A DNA stretch of 43,524 nucleotides from Octopus sinensis (GCF_006345805.1 NW_021835031.1:1-43524), one strand, 5' to 3'. Positions 23,677 to 36,597 are shown, numbered from the stretch's first letter. Numbers and translations are program-made. Notes: generated by a model from the sequence alone, not told the origin.

Positions 23677-24006
23677 GTGAAGGCGCGTGGCTTAGTGGTT
23701 AGGGGCATTCGGCTCTCGATCACAAGGTCGTGAGTTCAATTCCCAGTGACGCGTTGTGTCCTTGAGCAAGACACTTTACTTCACGTTGCTCCAGTCCACT
23801 CAGCTGCCAAAAATGAGTAGTACCTGAATTTCAAAGGGCCAGCCTTGTCACATTCTGTGTGTCACGCTGAATCTCCCCGAGAACTACGTTAAGGGCACAC
23901 GTGTTTGTGGAGTGCTCAGCCACTTACACGTTAATTTCACGAGCAAGCTGTTTCGTTGATCGTATCAGCTGGGACCCTCGTCGTCGCAACCGACGGAGTG
24001 CTCCTA
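23677..24006 (+). mobile_element. CORE-type SINE (family B head) + tail type 1, with TSD
   Basis: TSD TAAATTCAGATA at 23665-23676 and 24007-24018; CORE-like TGTGTCCTTGAGCAAGACACTTTAC; 3' part shared with the 17538 copy. Confidence 0.9.
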
Positions 24007-24489
24007 TAAATTCAGATATGTGTGTTCATGCATTTTAATGTATTTTTTAAAAACCGTTACTTGTGTATATGCAATTTTGTTTAAGTGTATTTGTGCGCAT
24101 GCGTGTGTGTGTGTTAACGTGTTGAAAAACACAGGAGCCGTTAGATTACTTAAGCGATATTTTCAATACAGTTAATTGTAATTAAAAACGTTTATTCCTA
24201 ATTTTCATTATTATTTGTGAGAGTAGGAAATGTCAGCAGTGTTTAATTACTTAAGAATTATATTGTAAGTCACATCGTTAAAACCACTAATTAATTATTA
24301 AATATTAATTTTTATTTTTATAATTCAAAACATAAATTATAGTTACTATAAACTAAGTACCGCACGACCATTACAAAATTCAATTTATTTACATAACACT
24401 GTAGCCGTATGTTAGTTTTTTTTAATTTTCTATTATGAAGTCCACTAAGAATTATTTTTTAAGCCTTTTCGTTATAATTGTTAGTACTC

Positions 24490-24682
24490 ATTTACCCTTT
24501 ACTCTTTTACTTGTTTCAGTTATTTGACTGTGGCCATGCTGCAGGACTTATTCTTTGTAAGCCTAGTACTTATTCTCTATCGGACTCTTTTGCCAAACCG
24601 CTAAGTTACGGGGACATAAACACACCAGCATCGGTTGTCAAGCGATGTTGGGAACAAATACAGACATACAAACGTATACACA

Positions 24683-24716
<34 letters not shown>

Positions 24717-24878
24717 GTTTACGACGGGCTTCTTTCAGTTTCCGTCTACCAAATCCACGAACAAGGCTTCGGTCGGCCCGAGTCTACATTAGAAGACACT
24801 CGCCCAAGGTGTCACGCAGTGGGACTGAACCCGAAACCATGTGGTTGGTAAGCAAGCTACTTACCACACAGTCACTCC
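24490..24878 (-). mobile_element. SINE family C
   Basis: Full alignment to family C by eye. Confidence 0.9.
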
Positions 24879-25171
24879 TACAACTATTACCCTATTAGTA
24901 TTAGTATTAATAATTAAATACTAACTTATTTAATATAATTTACATCACAAACGTATCTAATGTTTAGCGCATACTACGTAACGATGACGAATTCAAACTG
25001 TTTACTATTCACCATATCTGTATACTACGTCACCAAGGTTAGAGCACAATATATTTTCTATTATAATAATGAAAAAATGTCTAACTTGCACAGAATCAGT
25101 AGAACCCATTGTAATATCAAAACCATCACAACTATCTTTTTTAATCCAATATTGGTTATCAAACTTTATAG

Positions 25172-25405
25172 CCTATTTCTTTACTGCCCACAAGGGGCTA
25201 AACACAGAGGGAACAAACAAGGACAGATAAACGGATTATGTCAATTATATCGACCCCAGTGCGTAACTGGTACTTATTTAATCGATCCCGAAAGGATGAA
25301 AGGCAAAGTCGACCTCGGCGGAATTTGAACTCAGAACGTAACGGCAGACAAAATACGGTTACGCATATCGCCCGGCGTGCTAACGTTTCTACCAGCTCAC
25401 CGCCT
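25172..25405 (-). mobile_element. SINE family D, with TSD
   Basis: CTTTATAGCC at 25164-25173 and 25404-25413. Confidence 0.9.
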
Positions 25406-26216
25406 TTATAGCCGTTTACCTGGTAGCTAAAATTATGTCAATTCCTTCCATACATAATTTTAAGGTATTCGTAGCGAACAAAAGAACCTTGTTTAATACT
25501 ATTTGGTCACTTGAGGAGTAATAACAATTTGTATAAATTTATTACTACTTTTGTACTTCATACTATTAAACCATTATATTACTTCATGAGTATTAGACCA
25601 GAGCTGTAACCTTATCTTTTTCTTAAGTATAGGTAATACCTACCTAAAATAGCTTTACTTAGTAGGATTTCCATAAAAAAATTGTCTTTATGGTCATTTC
25701 AGATAAACTTAGGTCTTTTTGGAAGAAAAGGTTCAGTTTTATCATCCAATTTATAACATTTAAAAACAAAAACAAAAAAAAGAACAGGAAAAGAGAGAGA
25801 GATAAGAAAGGTAAAGAAAGAAAAAAGGGGTGGGGTTAAGCAGCAGAAGATAGAGAGGGAGGGAAGAAACGGGCCGCACACACCAGAACAAATGTTGTAC
25901 TCAGTCGCACCCTGTGGTAATGATTGCGATGGCACTGCTACGGAAAATGGCCAAAGACACTCGCTGCAATAACCACTCCACTTCGCGGGGCTCGTTTCTT
26001 CGATGGGCCGCCGTTATCCCGCTAGTGAGTGGGGTCTGAGAACACGTGACATCTCGACGATGATCGCCACCAATTGATAGCAGCTGGTCAAACTGCTGTT
26101 TTTGTTGATTTTATATTTCGCCGTCTCATTCCAATTCATATCAAACATCTTTTGACCTTTCATAATATCTGTAATTTTTAGTCAACACTTGGAGTTGATC
26201 TGCGTGTATAGTTGAT

Positions 26217-26634
26217 AGTAGTGGCTGTGTGGTAAGTAGCTTGCTTACCAACCACATGGTTCCGGGTTCAGTCCCACAGCGTGGCACCTTGGGCACGTGT
26301 CTTCTACTACAACCTCGGGCCGACCAAAGCCTTGTGAGTGAATTTGGTAGACGGAAACTGAAAGAAGCCCGTCGTATATATGTATATATATATGTTTGTG
26401 TGTGTGTGTATGTATATATGTTTGTATGTCTGTGTTTGTCCCCCCCCAACATCGCTTGACAACCGATGCTGGTGTGTTTACGTCCCTGTAACTTAGCGGT
26501 TCGGCAAAAGAGACCAATAGAATAAGTACTAGGCTTACAAAGTCTAAGTACTGGAGTCGGTTTGCTTGACTAAAAGCGGTGCTCCAGCATGGCCACAGTC
26601 AAATGACTGAAACAAGTAAAAGAGTATAAAAGAG
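26217..26634 (+). mobile_element. SINE family C
   Basis: Near-consensus sequence with TAAAAGAG tail. Confidence 0.9.
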
Positions 26635-27834
26635 TGGATAACTTTTGATCGTTTAAATTTTGGAAAGCGCTTTTTCAGCCTTTCACATCTGTAACCAGCA
26701 GAATTTGAAGAATTCCCATATCAATTAGAATATTAACCATAACGTCTTCTAATTTATTGCAAAAACCGAATTCAATAATATCGTTCTGAGGATTCCCTAT
26801 TGTAATTTTCCCCACGCTGTCTTCCAGCACTTCTATCAACCCTAATAAATTAAATGTTAGAGCGTCCATTGTATTTTATAACCGAAGCCTATTTTTCACA
26901 ATGGTCGAGCTCCATGATGCATGGTTCTTTGACCAAATTTGCAATATCAAATACAAAGCCAAACACTTGATTTATTTCTTCCATTTTTCTCAAATGTATT
27001 TTGTTTTGTCCGACAAATCCACAATTGTAAAATAAAATAAAATAAAATAAAATTATAATTCAAGTTGAAAATCTCAATTGTGGATCACCTAATGGTTAAT
27101 CCCTTGGCTCATAATCGTGAATCATCATTATTTTCCCTCTCTAAATTCGTTTCTTGGTTTCAAATATTGTGAATGTTCCAGCGCTGTTTGCTAATTCACG
27201 TGAATGACATTTTTTTTTTTCAATTGACATCAGAATTTTTACAAACTTGTAAAAAGTTTGATAATAATCTTAGTTGAAGAATAAAACAAAGGTCACATTA
27301 TTTTTTATTATACCGTACGAGCTTATTAGTAACTTTAATTTTATTCAGAATTAAGTGCCAAATATCAAGAGAGATAATAAATTTAAACTTGTAACTGACC
27401 TTGTCTGACATTGTTTTGTGGTTCGGATATCTTCAGCGAGAGAAATGTTTTCCGTTTCAACTAATTCGTCGCATATTCGTCCTCGTTGATAAAAGTGTCG
27501 TTGTAGCTTCACTCGACTTTATCGTTTTGTATAATTCTGTGATTTATGTCAACAGTTTCATCATGTGTAAGGAATATAAAACACTGAGCTGCCATAATCG
27601 TTAGCACGCCGGAAAAAATGTTTAGCGGCATTTCGTCCGTCTTTTACGTTCTGAGTTTATATCTCACCTATCATCATTTCGATGTAGATAAAACATATAC
27701 CAGTTGAGTATTGAGTCCCACGGGATTGAGCTAACCACGGGCCCGAGATTTCTTGCCTTGTGCTAAAATCTGAAACTAATCGGATTAAGGACTATACTCT
27801 AGCGATGTCACGAACTTGAAAAGAAGTTGGGTGA

Positions 27835-28002
27835 GAGGAACGAAGCAGGCATGGCTCTCGGTTTGCAACCGCGTAGTTCCGAGTTCCATCCCACTGCACG
27901 TAACTTCGGGCAAGTGTTTTTCTTTTACTATAGTCCCGAACTGACCAATGCCTTGTGAGTTCATTTGGTAGACAGAAGCTGTGGAAACGCGTGTATATAT
28001 AC

Positions 28003-28056
<54 letters not shown>

Positions 28057-28058
28057 AT
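27835..28058 (+). mobile_element. SINE family C 5' half ending in its expanded internal (TA)n tract
   Basis: GGGCAAGTG...GCCTTGTGAG...TTTGGTAGAC followed by TA/TACA repeats. Confidence 0.65.
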
Positions 28059-28059
28059 G

Positions 28060-28255
28060 TGACCTCATGTGTACCGTTGGCGAATTTTTTTCCTCCGTCT
28101 TCCCTTCTCTGGATCTTTCCTTCTATGTTTCCGACGAAGAGCTCCGGTCGAAACGTTAAACCCTCCTTCTTTCCTGAGCGTCCAATAATACTATATTTGT
28201 TTCACGTCCTCGCGTTGTTGTGTTTTTTTGTGCTTTCTTGTTTGAATTAACTTTA
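28060..28255 (+). mobile_element. Short hammerhead-bearing element (probable Penelope-like terminal-repeat fragment) between (TA)n tracts
   Basis: Unique 195-bp segment flanked by TA runs and carrying the 28127 hammerhead; the Penelope link is inferred from the known association. Confidence 0.55.
28127..28161 (+). ncRNA. Minimal type I hammerhead fold (C4 core variant)
   Basis: GUUU | CCGACGA | A | GAGC-ucc-GGUC | GAAA | CG | UU | AAAC; helix II has one mismatch. Confidence 0.65.
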
Positions 28256-28278
28256 TATATGTATATATATGTATATAT

Positions 28279-28318
<40 letters not shown>

Positions 28319-28320
<2 letters not shown>

Positions 28321-28505
28321 TGTGGTTGTGCTGAAAAATTCCTGGCTTTATGTAAAATAAAATACGGGAGGATCAGTTAATTATGAATTTATTAAACATA
28401 TGCCCACCTCTCAGATCCGCACACTTATTGCAGCGCTCCTTCAGTTTTTCTGAACGCCACAATTTTCTATATATCAAAAGGCCAAGAAATCTAACTTTGA
28501 ACCAC
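28319..28505. mobile_element. Decayed mariner MITE
   Basis: Left TIR-like GTGCTGAAAAATTCCTGGCTTT after TA; minus strand encodes EKLKERCNKCADLRG, similar to a mariner C-terminus; right TIR degenerate. Confidence 0.5.
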
Positions 28506-28657
28506 TTTTTAATAAATCCGATAACGGAAGAAACGCTAAAAATAAAAATAAAATATAAAGAAAAGTATATATAATCAGTCAACATTTTGACTACTTTATT
28601 ATTCTAAATATACAATATATGTGCATCACTTCAGACTGTCTCTCTCTCCTCTCTCTC

Positions 28658-28744
<87 letters not shown>

Positions 28745-29415
28745 GAATCTAGTAAACTCCTTAATGGAAATTATCATGGAGTTATCTTATCCCCTGCGAA
28801 GTGAATAGCGAATTTTGGAATTTAAATGTAATTGAATTGCTTATGGGGTTAGGTTACTGAAATTCGGAGACTGTTGAATAGTGTATGCAGGGAATGACTT
28901 GGAAACATCCCAGCGGACCAAATATTTAAATATTAAAATAATCAAAGCTGTCGTTTCGGTATTTATCGCAGTTATCTGGCCTCAGTACAATACTGCTGAC
29001 TATAGCTATTCTTTATAGCAAAGAGCATACATACATACACTCACATACGCATGCACAAACACACATACATACATGCATATATGCTTATAAATATATATAT
29101 GTATATATATATATAATATATATGATATATACATATAAACCATATAGTTTATAGATTAGAGACACATATTCTCTGTATAGAATATACTTCGTAGCAATGA
29201 AAAGATTTGAACTTGAACATTTAGAGGAGAACATGTAAGGACAAGTAAATCCCGATATCATTTCTAATCTGTATAAATCGGACTTTCTTTTATATTTATA
29301 CATATGTACATTTTTCTATTAAATGCATTTAATAATTTTTTTGTATATCGACTTGCCTAACTTGTTTGTACTTAGGTTTATCATAAATTATATATGAATA
29401 TATAAATATATATAT

Positions 29416-29762
29416 GGAGGCGCAATGGCCCAGTGGTTGCGGTCGTAGGATCGCGGTTTTGATTCCTAGACTAGGCGTTGTGAGTGTTTATTGAACAAAA
29501 ATACCTAAAACTCTACGAGGCTCTGGCAGAGGGAGAAGGTAGGTGACGAACCCTGCTCTACTCTTTCACCACAGTTTTCTCTCACTCTTTCTTCCTGTTT
29601 CTGTTGTACCAGTATTTCAAAGGGGGACAGCCTTGTCACACTCTGTGTCACGCTGAATCTCCCCGAGAACTACGTTAAGGGTACACGAGTCAGTGGAGTG
29701 CTCAGCCACTTACACGTTGATTTCACGAGCAGGCTGTTCTGTAACCGACGGAGTGCCACGAC

Positions 29763-29764
<2 letters not shown>
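29416..29764 (+). mobile_element. SINE family A + tail type 1, with internal deletions
   Basis: GGAGGCGCAATGGCCCAGTGGTT head; tail matches the 17538 copy. Confidence 0.85.
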
Positions 29765-29816
<52 letters not shown>

Positions 29817-29817
<1 letters not shown>

Positions 29818-29880
29818 GGGTAAAGACCCCCTTCGGTCATGAATGACCATGGGATTGCACCTAGAAAGTTACCCTCCTAG
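29817..29880 (-). mobile_element. Isolated 3' tail (type G) of a SINE/LINE
   Basis: GACCATGGGATTGCACCTAGAA-GTTACCCTCC is shared with 41085-41140. Confidence 0.8.
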
Positions 29881-29925
29881 ACACATATATATATATATCT
29901 ATATATATATATATATATATAATAG

Positions 29926-29967
<42 letters not shown>

Positions 29968-30855
29968 TGGTGTGTGTGTGTGTGTGCATGCTTGCGTGGT
30001 TTGTGTTCATCAATATGTATACTTTTACATGTGTCCGTGTGATAAAATACTGTCTTGTTAAAATAGTTAACCAGTTCCCATTTTGCTATAATAACCATAA
30101 CCACATTATTCGCTATAGAGAATAGAATAGAAACACCTGATTGATTTACTTGAATTAACTCCTCAAAACTTATAAAAGTAACCAAAAAACACAAGAGAGA
30201 GACACCAAAACCCTACCTATTACCTATAGACCACTGTCATATTTACCATCAATTTATAAACATACGAAGCTAAGACATTTATACGTTGCAAATTGCTAGG
30301 TTGCTCACTTGGAAAATAACGTCTTACTAAAGCAAAAAAAAAAAAGAAGTTTGCTTGAATATAGAAAAAATAATATATTACTCACCCAACAAAACTAAAG
30401 ATAAAAACAAAAACAAATGTCTAGAGTTGTTAAACCGAGCAGTTATGGAAGGCACCAAAAATAGAAATAAAAAGAATCTAAGGTTGACATGTATTTCTCA
30501 ACGAAACGTATTTGGCAGCACAGTGTATCATAGTTTTGGACACTGGAGACTCAGTGCGTAAACAAACGACTCCAATATTAAGACAGTACGTCAAATACGC
30601 CATGTCAAAATAGAAAACATTAATAAAATTTCTTGATAAAAAACAAATAATATATGATAAAAAGCGACTCCATCCCCATAAGATGAAGAAAGAAGAAGCA
30701 ATTTTAAAAGGATAGTATCGTTCTCCCCACAGTTTTTCAGTCTAAAGCTGACTCCATTAACAAATGGCAGAAAGAAACCACTAAGGGTATATATATATAT
30801 TATATATATATATATAATATAATATATATTATATAGATATATATAACCTATATAT

Positions 30856-30904
<49 letters not shown>

Positions 30905-30991
30905 TATTATAGGGGATGTTCAAAATACGAACAATTTTCTGTACAGAGATGATTTAAAAACTCCTTCTCTTTCTCTCTCCCTCTCCCCCCC

Positions 30992-31044
<53 letters not shown>

Positions 31045-31150
31045 AACAAGCACGTATATATATACATATATATATGTATAGATATAGATATATATATATA
31101 GATATAATATACATATATATATATATATAAATATAATATATATAATATAT

Positions 31151-31313
31151 AGGCGCAGGAGTGGCTGTGTGGTAAGTAGCTTGTTTACCAACCACATGGT
31201 TCCGGGTTCAGTCCTACTGCGTGGCACCTTGGGCAAGTGTCTTCTACTATAGCCTCGGGCCGACCAAAGCCTTGAGAGTGGATTTGGTAGACAGAAACTG
31301 AAAGAAGTCCGTC

Positions 31314-31373
<60 letters not shown>

Positions 31374-31572
31374 TGTGTGTCTGTATTTGTCCCCCTAGCA
31401 TTGCTTGACAACTGATGCTGGTGTGTTTATGTCCCCGTCACTTAGCAGTTCGGCAAAAGAGACCGATAGAATAAGTACTGGGCTTACAAAGAATAAGTCC
31501 CGGGGTCGAGTTGCTCGATTAAAGGCGGTGCTCCAGCATGGCCGCAGTCAAATGACTGAAACAAGTAAAAGA
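31151..31572 (+). mobile_element. SINE family C, full length
   Basis: AGGCGCAGGAGTGGCTGTGTGG head through AAACAAGTAAAAGAG tail. Confidence 0.92.
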
Positions 31573-31834
31573 GAGAAAAAGAAAAAGAGATATATATGAA
31601 TTATATATTTACACACACACATATATATATATGTACATAATATATATATGATTATAAACATATAATATATGATTTATTATATATTATATATATATATACA
31701 TATATACATATATACATACATATATATATATATGTGTGTGTGTATAAATATATATATATATATATTATATATATATAATATTGCATATATATACACACAC
31801 CAAAAGAGATTTAAAGTTTTGTACGATTAGTTAA

Positions 31835-31871
<37 letters not shown>

Positions 31872-33025
31872 CTCTAATTTAAATAATAATATATATATAT
31901 ATATATATAATATATATGGAGAGAAGAGAGAGAGAGAGAGAGATTTCACTACATTTTACCGTTGGGAAAATTTCGAGCTTAAGACAAAATGTGTGTAAAT
32001 ACATCATTATCAGATCAACTCAAAAGCTCCCCCAACTGCACAATTTATGCTTGTGCGTGTTAAAAATATATATATATATATATATATAATTATATATATA
32101 ACACGGTGTGTGTGCGCTAGGAGCGATACTCTGCTTATTAGATGTATAGTAATTATATATAGTTATAACTGCTTCTACTAAAAAAGGTTCTAAACTTCTG
32201 GAATATGCCTTGTATTTTGATCATGAATTCATTGGAAAAAAACTTTAAAAAAACAAACACACACAGACACACAGACAAACATACACACAGATGCATACAC
32301 AACACACATACACACACACACACACACCAACAGTCACACATACACATACAACACACAAACACACACATACACACACAACACACAAAAACACGCACACACA
32401 CAAAAAAATACCCATACACACACACACTCAAGCATACACGCACACACACACACACACACATTTTTATATAGCAAGCTAGACATGAATTCTATAGCGATAT
32501 AAAAACTGAAGTCATGAGTTCGACTTGAGCGCCTAAGTTAATCAAAGAAGAGACAAATTTATTAAATTAATTAAAATTAATTAAAATTCAAAATACTAAT
32601 TTAAGATTTAGACAATACGATCAAAGATTTAGAACTAAGAATAGATCAACCTTTGAAAGTGCTTAAGAAGATACGAAGCTGATAAGATTAAGCAGATATG
32701 TGATAAAATGGAAGAGGAGAATCGAGAAAAGTGTTCTGCTGAGGTTATTGCAGAAAGGCCATGCTTATACAGGTACAGAATCGATTTTCCGGATTTTTTG
32801 TTCTCAGAGGCTTTCCGGATTGCTGATTTTTCCGAGCTTAGGGGGTGGGGGGTAATCGCCCTGTTGACTCAAAATTAAAGAGATATTAAAGTTAGTTAAG
32901 TAATAGGCCACGGGCATGGCTGTGTGGTAAGAAGTTTGCTTCCTCGCCACACGGTTCCGGGCTCAGTTCCACTGCATGGTATCTTGGGCATCGATTCTCC
33001 TCTTCCATTTTATCACATCTGCTTA

Positions 33026-33467
33026 AGGCGGCAGGCTGGCAGAATCGTTGGCACGCCGGGCGAAATGCGTAGCCGTATTTCGTCTGCCGACTTAATCCGT
33101 TTTTCTGACTTTTTTGTCCCCTCTGTGTTTAGCCCCTTGTGGGCAGTAAAGAAATGGGTATTTCGTCTGCCGTTACGTTCTGAGTTCAAATTCCGCCGAG
33201 GTCGACTTTGCCTTTCATCCTTTCGGGGTCGATTAAATAAGTACCAGTTACGCATTGGGGTCTATATAATCGACTTAATCCGTTTGTCTCTCCTTATTTG
33301 TCCTCTCTGTTTTTAGCCCCTTGTGGGCAGTAAAGAAATAGGTATTTCGTCTGCCTTTAATCCTTTCGGGGTTATAAATGAAGTACCAGTTGAGTACTGG
33401 GGTCGATGTAAATGACTAGCCCCCTCCCCTAAATTTCAGGCCTTGTGTCCCCAGTAGAAAGATTATT
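33026..33467 (+). mobile_element. Internally tandemised SINE D (head + 3 partly deleted units + tail E)
   Basis: GTATTTCGTCTGCC recurs three times, the second and third after GTAAAGAAAT; ends CCCCTAAATTTCAGGCCTTGTG. Confidence 0.85.
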
Positions 33468-33574
33468 AATGCAATACTTTGCAAGGTACTAGTCTGTTTA
33501 AGGTACCATTTATCTAGTCTGGCGGCCACGGGAATTTGAAGCTCGTGGCGGCCACGGGAATTTGAAGCTCGTGT

Positions 33575-33952
33575 TCCTGTTGATGCTGTTGCTGTTTTCA
33601 TCCCAGAGCTCGAGAGATGGGAGAAGTCCGAAACGTGATCCTTTGCTATTCGTAAGACTCGCAGAAGAGAAAGCAGGTCAATCCCCAACACCGAGAGCAT
33701 CGACGGATGGATGAATGCGCATCCAGGCCCAGCGGTTGCGTAGGAAGTCGGGGACAAGAAACAGGAAGAAAGAGTGAGAGAAAGTTGGAGCGAAAGAGTA
33801 CAACAGGGGTCGCCCCCCCCCCTGCCGGAGCCTCGTGGAGCTTTAGGTGTTTTCGCTCAATAAACACACACAATGCCCGGTCTGGGAATCGAAACCGCGA
33901 TCCTCCGACCGCGAGTCCGCTGCCCTAACCACTGGTCCGTTGCGCAACCCAC
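33575..33952 (-). mobile_element. SINE family A head + different tail (type 2, ending ACAGCAACAGCATCAACAG), with TSD
   Basis: TSD TGAAGCTCGTGT at 33563-33574 and 33953-33964; head matches 17538 up to CTTCCTGTTTCT, then diverges. Confidence 0.88.
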
Positions 33953-34439
33953 TGAAGCTCGTGTACGTAATTGCGTGCGGATTATCAGAAGGTTCGGGAA
34001 CTCAGTGTTAAAAATAACTACACAAGTATAAATAAAGCAGTGGCGGAAAACAGTCATGGAGTACACCTTTAATATAATTGTCTGGAAGCCGAGCGAACTG
34101 ATGAGCGTAGCAAAAAACAAAACGAAGCGAACAATAAGAGAATCTATTTACTGCATCCTAGTCCCAACGTTTTTATAACTGTAGATGGAATGTATTTATT
34201 ACTTGCACTAGAAGGGAGCTTGTTTAACAATAAAGAACTAATAAGGCTGCTGTAGTTTGTCTTGATAGAAATAAGCACGGTTATATAGTAAGTTTATTGG
34301 TTCAAGAAGACAACGCCAAAAAAAAATATGAGAAGAAAAATTAGTAAATAATGATAATAAAATCCTTTCATTTTGGTAGGAAGTAGGAGAGTACAAACCG
34401 GAGACCAATTTGCACTGGGAGACAGGATGAGATAAACCA

Positions 34440-34656
34440 TTCCCGTGTAGTTAGTTCATCTGTCTGTCTGCCTGTTTGTCGGTCTGTCTGTCTGTCTGCC
34501 TGCCTATGTGTCTGTCTGTCAGTTAGTCTGTCTGTCCGTCTGTCTGTTTGCCTGTCTATCTGAGTGTCTCTTTCTCTCTCTCTCCCTCTGTCTCTGTCTC
34601 TCTCTCTATATATATATATCTTCTATCTCCCTCTCACTTTATTTCTTTCTATCTCT

Positions 34657-34732
<76 letters not shown>

Positions 34733-34914
34733 TTTTTTAAATTTTATTTTTTGTTCTTTTTTTCCCTTTTACGATCCCTTTTGATCGAAAACCTACGCGA
34801 CCTTTTTTTGTTTCTTTTGTTTTTTGTTTTTTTGTTTTTTCCCCCAAAAGAAAAGCTCTACCTTGTAACTTGTCCCATCTGTGTGCAGCCCTGTGTGGCC
34901 AATAAAGAAACTTA

Positions 34915-34992
<78 letters not shown>
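34440..34992. repeat. (TGTC)/(TC)/(TATC) arrays
   Basis: Directly visible. Confidence 0.9.
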
Positions 34993-34993
<1 letters not shown>

Positions 34994-35215
34994 GGGATCG
35001 GCATTCTACGGACACATATCCTTAGCGTAATTCTCAAGCAGATCAGCGACAAACACTGTATGACAGGACAATTTGTACCCGTCGCGAGCTCAAATGTGCC
35101 TGAAATTTCCATCCGAGACCATCCAGCGGTTCTTGAGATATCTTATCCACGGACACACAAGCAAACAAACACGACTGAAAAACAATACCTCCACTTTAGC
35201 CAAGGCGGAGATATT
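34994..35215 (-). mobile_element. DINE-1/HINE-like (Helentron-associated) short element
   Basis: Minus strand: terminal hairpin CTCCGCC...GTGGAG, then GTTT/GTCC microsatellite, then GATATCTCAAGAACCGCTGGATGG. The layout matches DINE-1-type elements; left boundary uncertain. Confidence 0.5.
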
Positions 35216-35342
35216 AATAATAATAATAATGATAATAATTAATAATAATGATAATAATAATAATAATAATGATAATAATAATAATAATAATATATACTAA
35301 TAATCATAATAATAATAATAATAATAATAATAATCATGATAC

Positions 35343-35373
<31 letters not shown>

Positions 35374-35475
35374 AATATGATAATAATAATAATGATTAAT
35401 ATAATAATAATAATAATAATAATAATGATAATAATAATAAAATAATAATAATAATAAATAATTGATATAATAATG

Positions 35476-35513
<38 letters not shown>

Positions 35514-35574
35514 TAATAACAATAATAATAATGATAATAATAATAATATAATAATAATGATAATAATAATAATG

Positions 35575-35608
<34 letters not shown>

Positions 35609-35619
35609 TTATAATAATG

Positions 35620-35659
<40 letters not shown>

Positions 35660-35743
35660 TAATAATAATAATGATGATGATAATAATAATGATAATGATA
35701 ATAATAATAATAACAACAACAACAAAAACAACAATAATAAATT

Positions 35744-35780
<37 letters not shown>

Positions 35781-35782
35781 CA
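35216..35782. repeat. (TAA)n array, about 560 bp
   Basis: Directly visible. Confidence 0.95.
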
Positions 35783-36361
35783 AAAGGCATTTTAATCTGT
35801 AAATATTGTCAAAACTACTTTTAAATGTACATAATGGCAAACACCTATTACTGTCATAAGATCACACTATGATCTTATCAAATTACTTTTAAAACAAATT
35901 TTAATTTTCTTATGTTATGACAGACAATCTCTAGAACAGTACTTTGCACAAAACTAAAAATATGGCACCCTAGACTTGGAGTCAATTAGTACAAATACAA
36001 AGCAAAAGCCAAACATATAATAATTTTAATATTATTTTAGTTATATTCAACGTAATCTTGCTGTATCTATGCTTGGAGGGGAAATGATTGTTAAGCAAGA
36101 AGAACAATATGGAGGTAAGTTACAGAGTGATTTCGCAGTTAAACGGAGTAGGATACCACATTAGTTGTTTCTCTATCGTTTTGGATTACTGTTCGGTTTT
36201 CATATTTTAAAAATACAGAGATATATGCGATTGAAATAAGTTGTAGCGTCGATATAATTGATCGCACCCAATTAAATCTTTCAAGTAGTTGCTACAATAT
36301 GGCCGCGCTCCAAATATTTCAACCAGTAGAAAAATGAATGAATGTATATATATATATATAC

Positions 36362-36501
36362 TTTATTTAAAGCAGCGGAAAATTCAACAAAACCTGTTAC
36401 TCTGAGTTTCACGTTCCCGTTCTTCGGACAGTTTTTGTAAACACGGGAACGTGAAACTCAGAGTAACAGGTTTTGTTGAAATTTCTGCTGCTTTAAATAA
36501 A
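36362..36501. repeat. 59-bp inverted repeat (2 mismatches, 22-bp spacer) containing a hammerhead
   Basis: 36362-36420 versus 36443-36501, compared manually. Confidence 0.95.
36394..36431 (-). ncRNA. Minimal type I hammerhead fold (C4 core variant, GNRA-capped helix II)
   Basis: Minus strand CUGU | CCGAAGA | ACG-GGAA-CGU | GAAA | CUCAGAG | UA | ACAG; GUA site. Confidence 0.75.
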
Positions 36502-36597
36502 ACATATTACTCTACCACTGGTATTTGAGTACTCTTTTTTCCACCTTGTTTCACATTTATGTGTTACTCCGGTATATATATATATATATATATATAT

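Noticed and set aside
26675-26869. 64-aa non-repetitive minus-strand ORF (MDALTFNLLG...)
   Set aside because: No recognisable domain or convincing splice sites; the length is compatible with chance.
34098-34135. CUGAUGA followed by GC...GC GAAC
   Set aside because: GAAC instead of GAAA, and no helices I or III.
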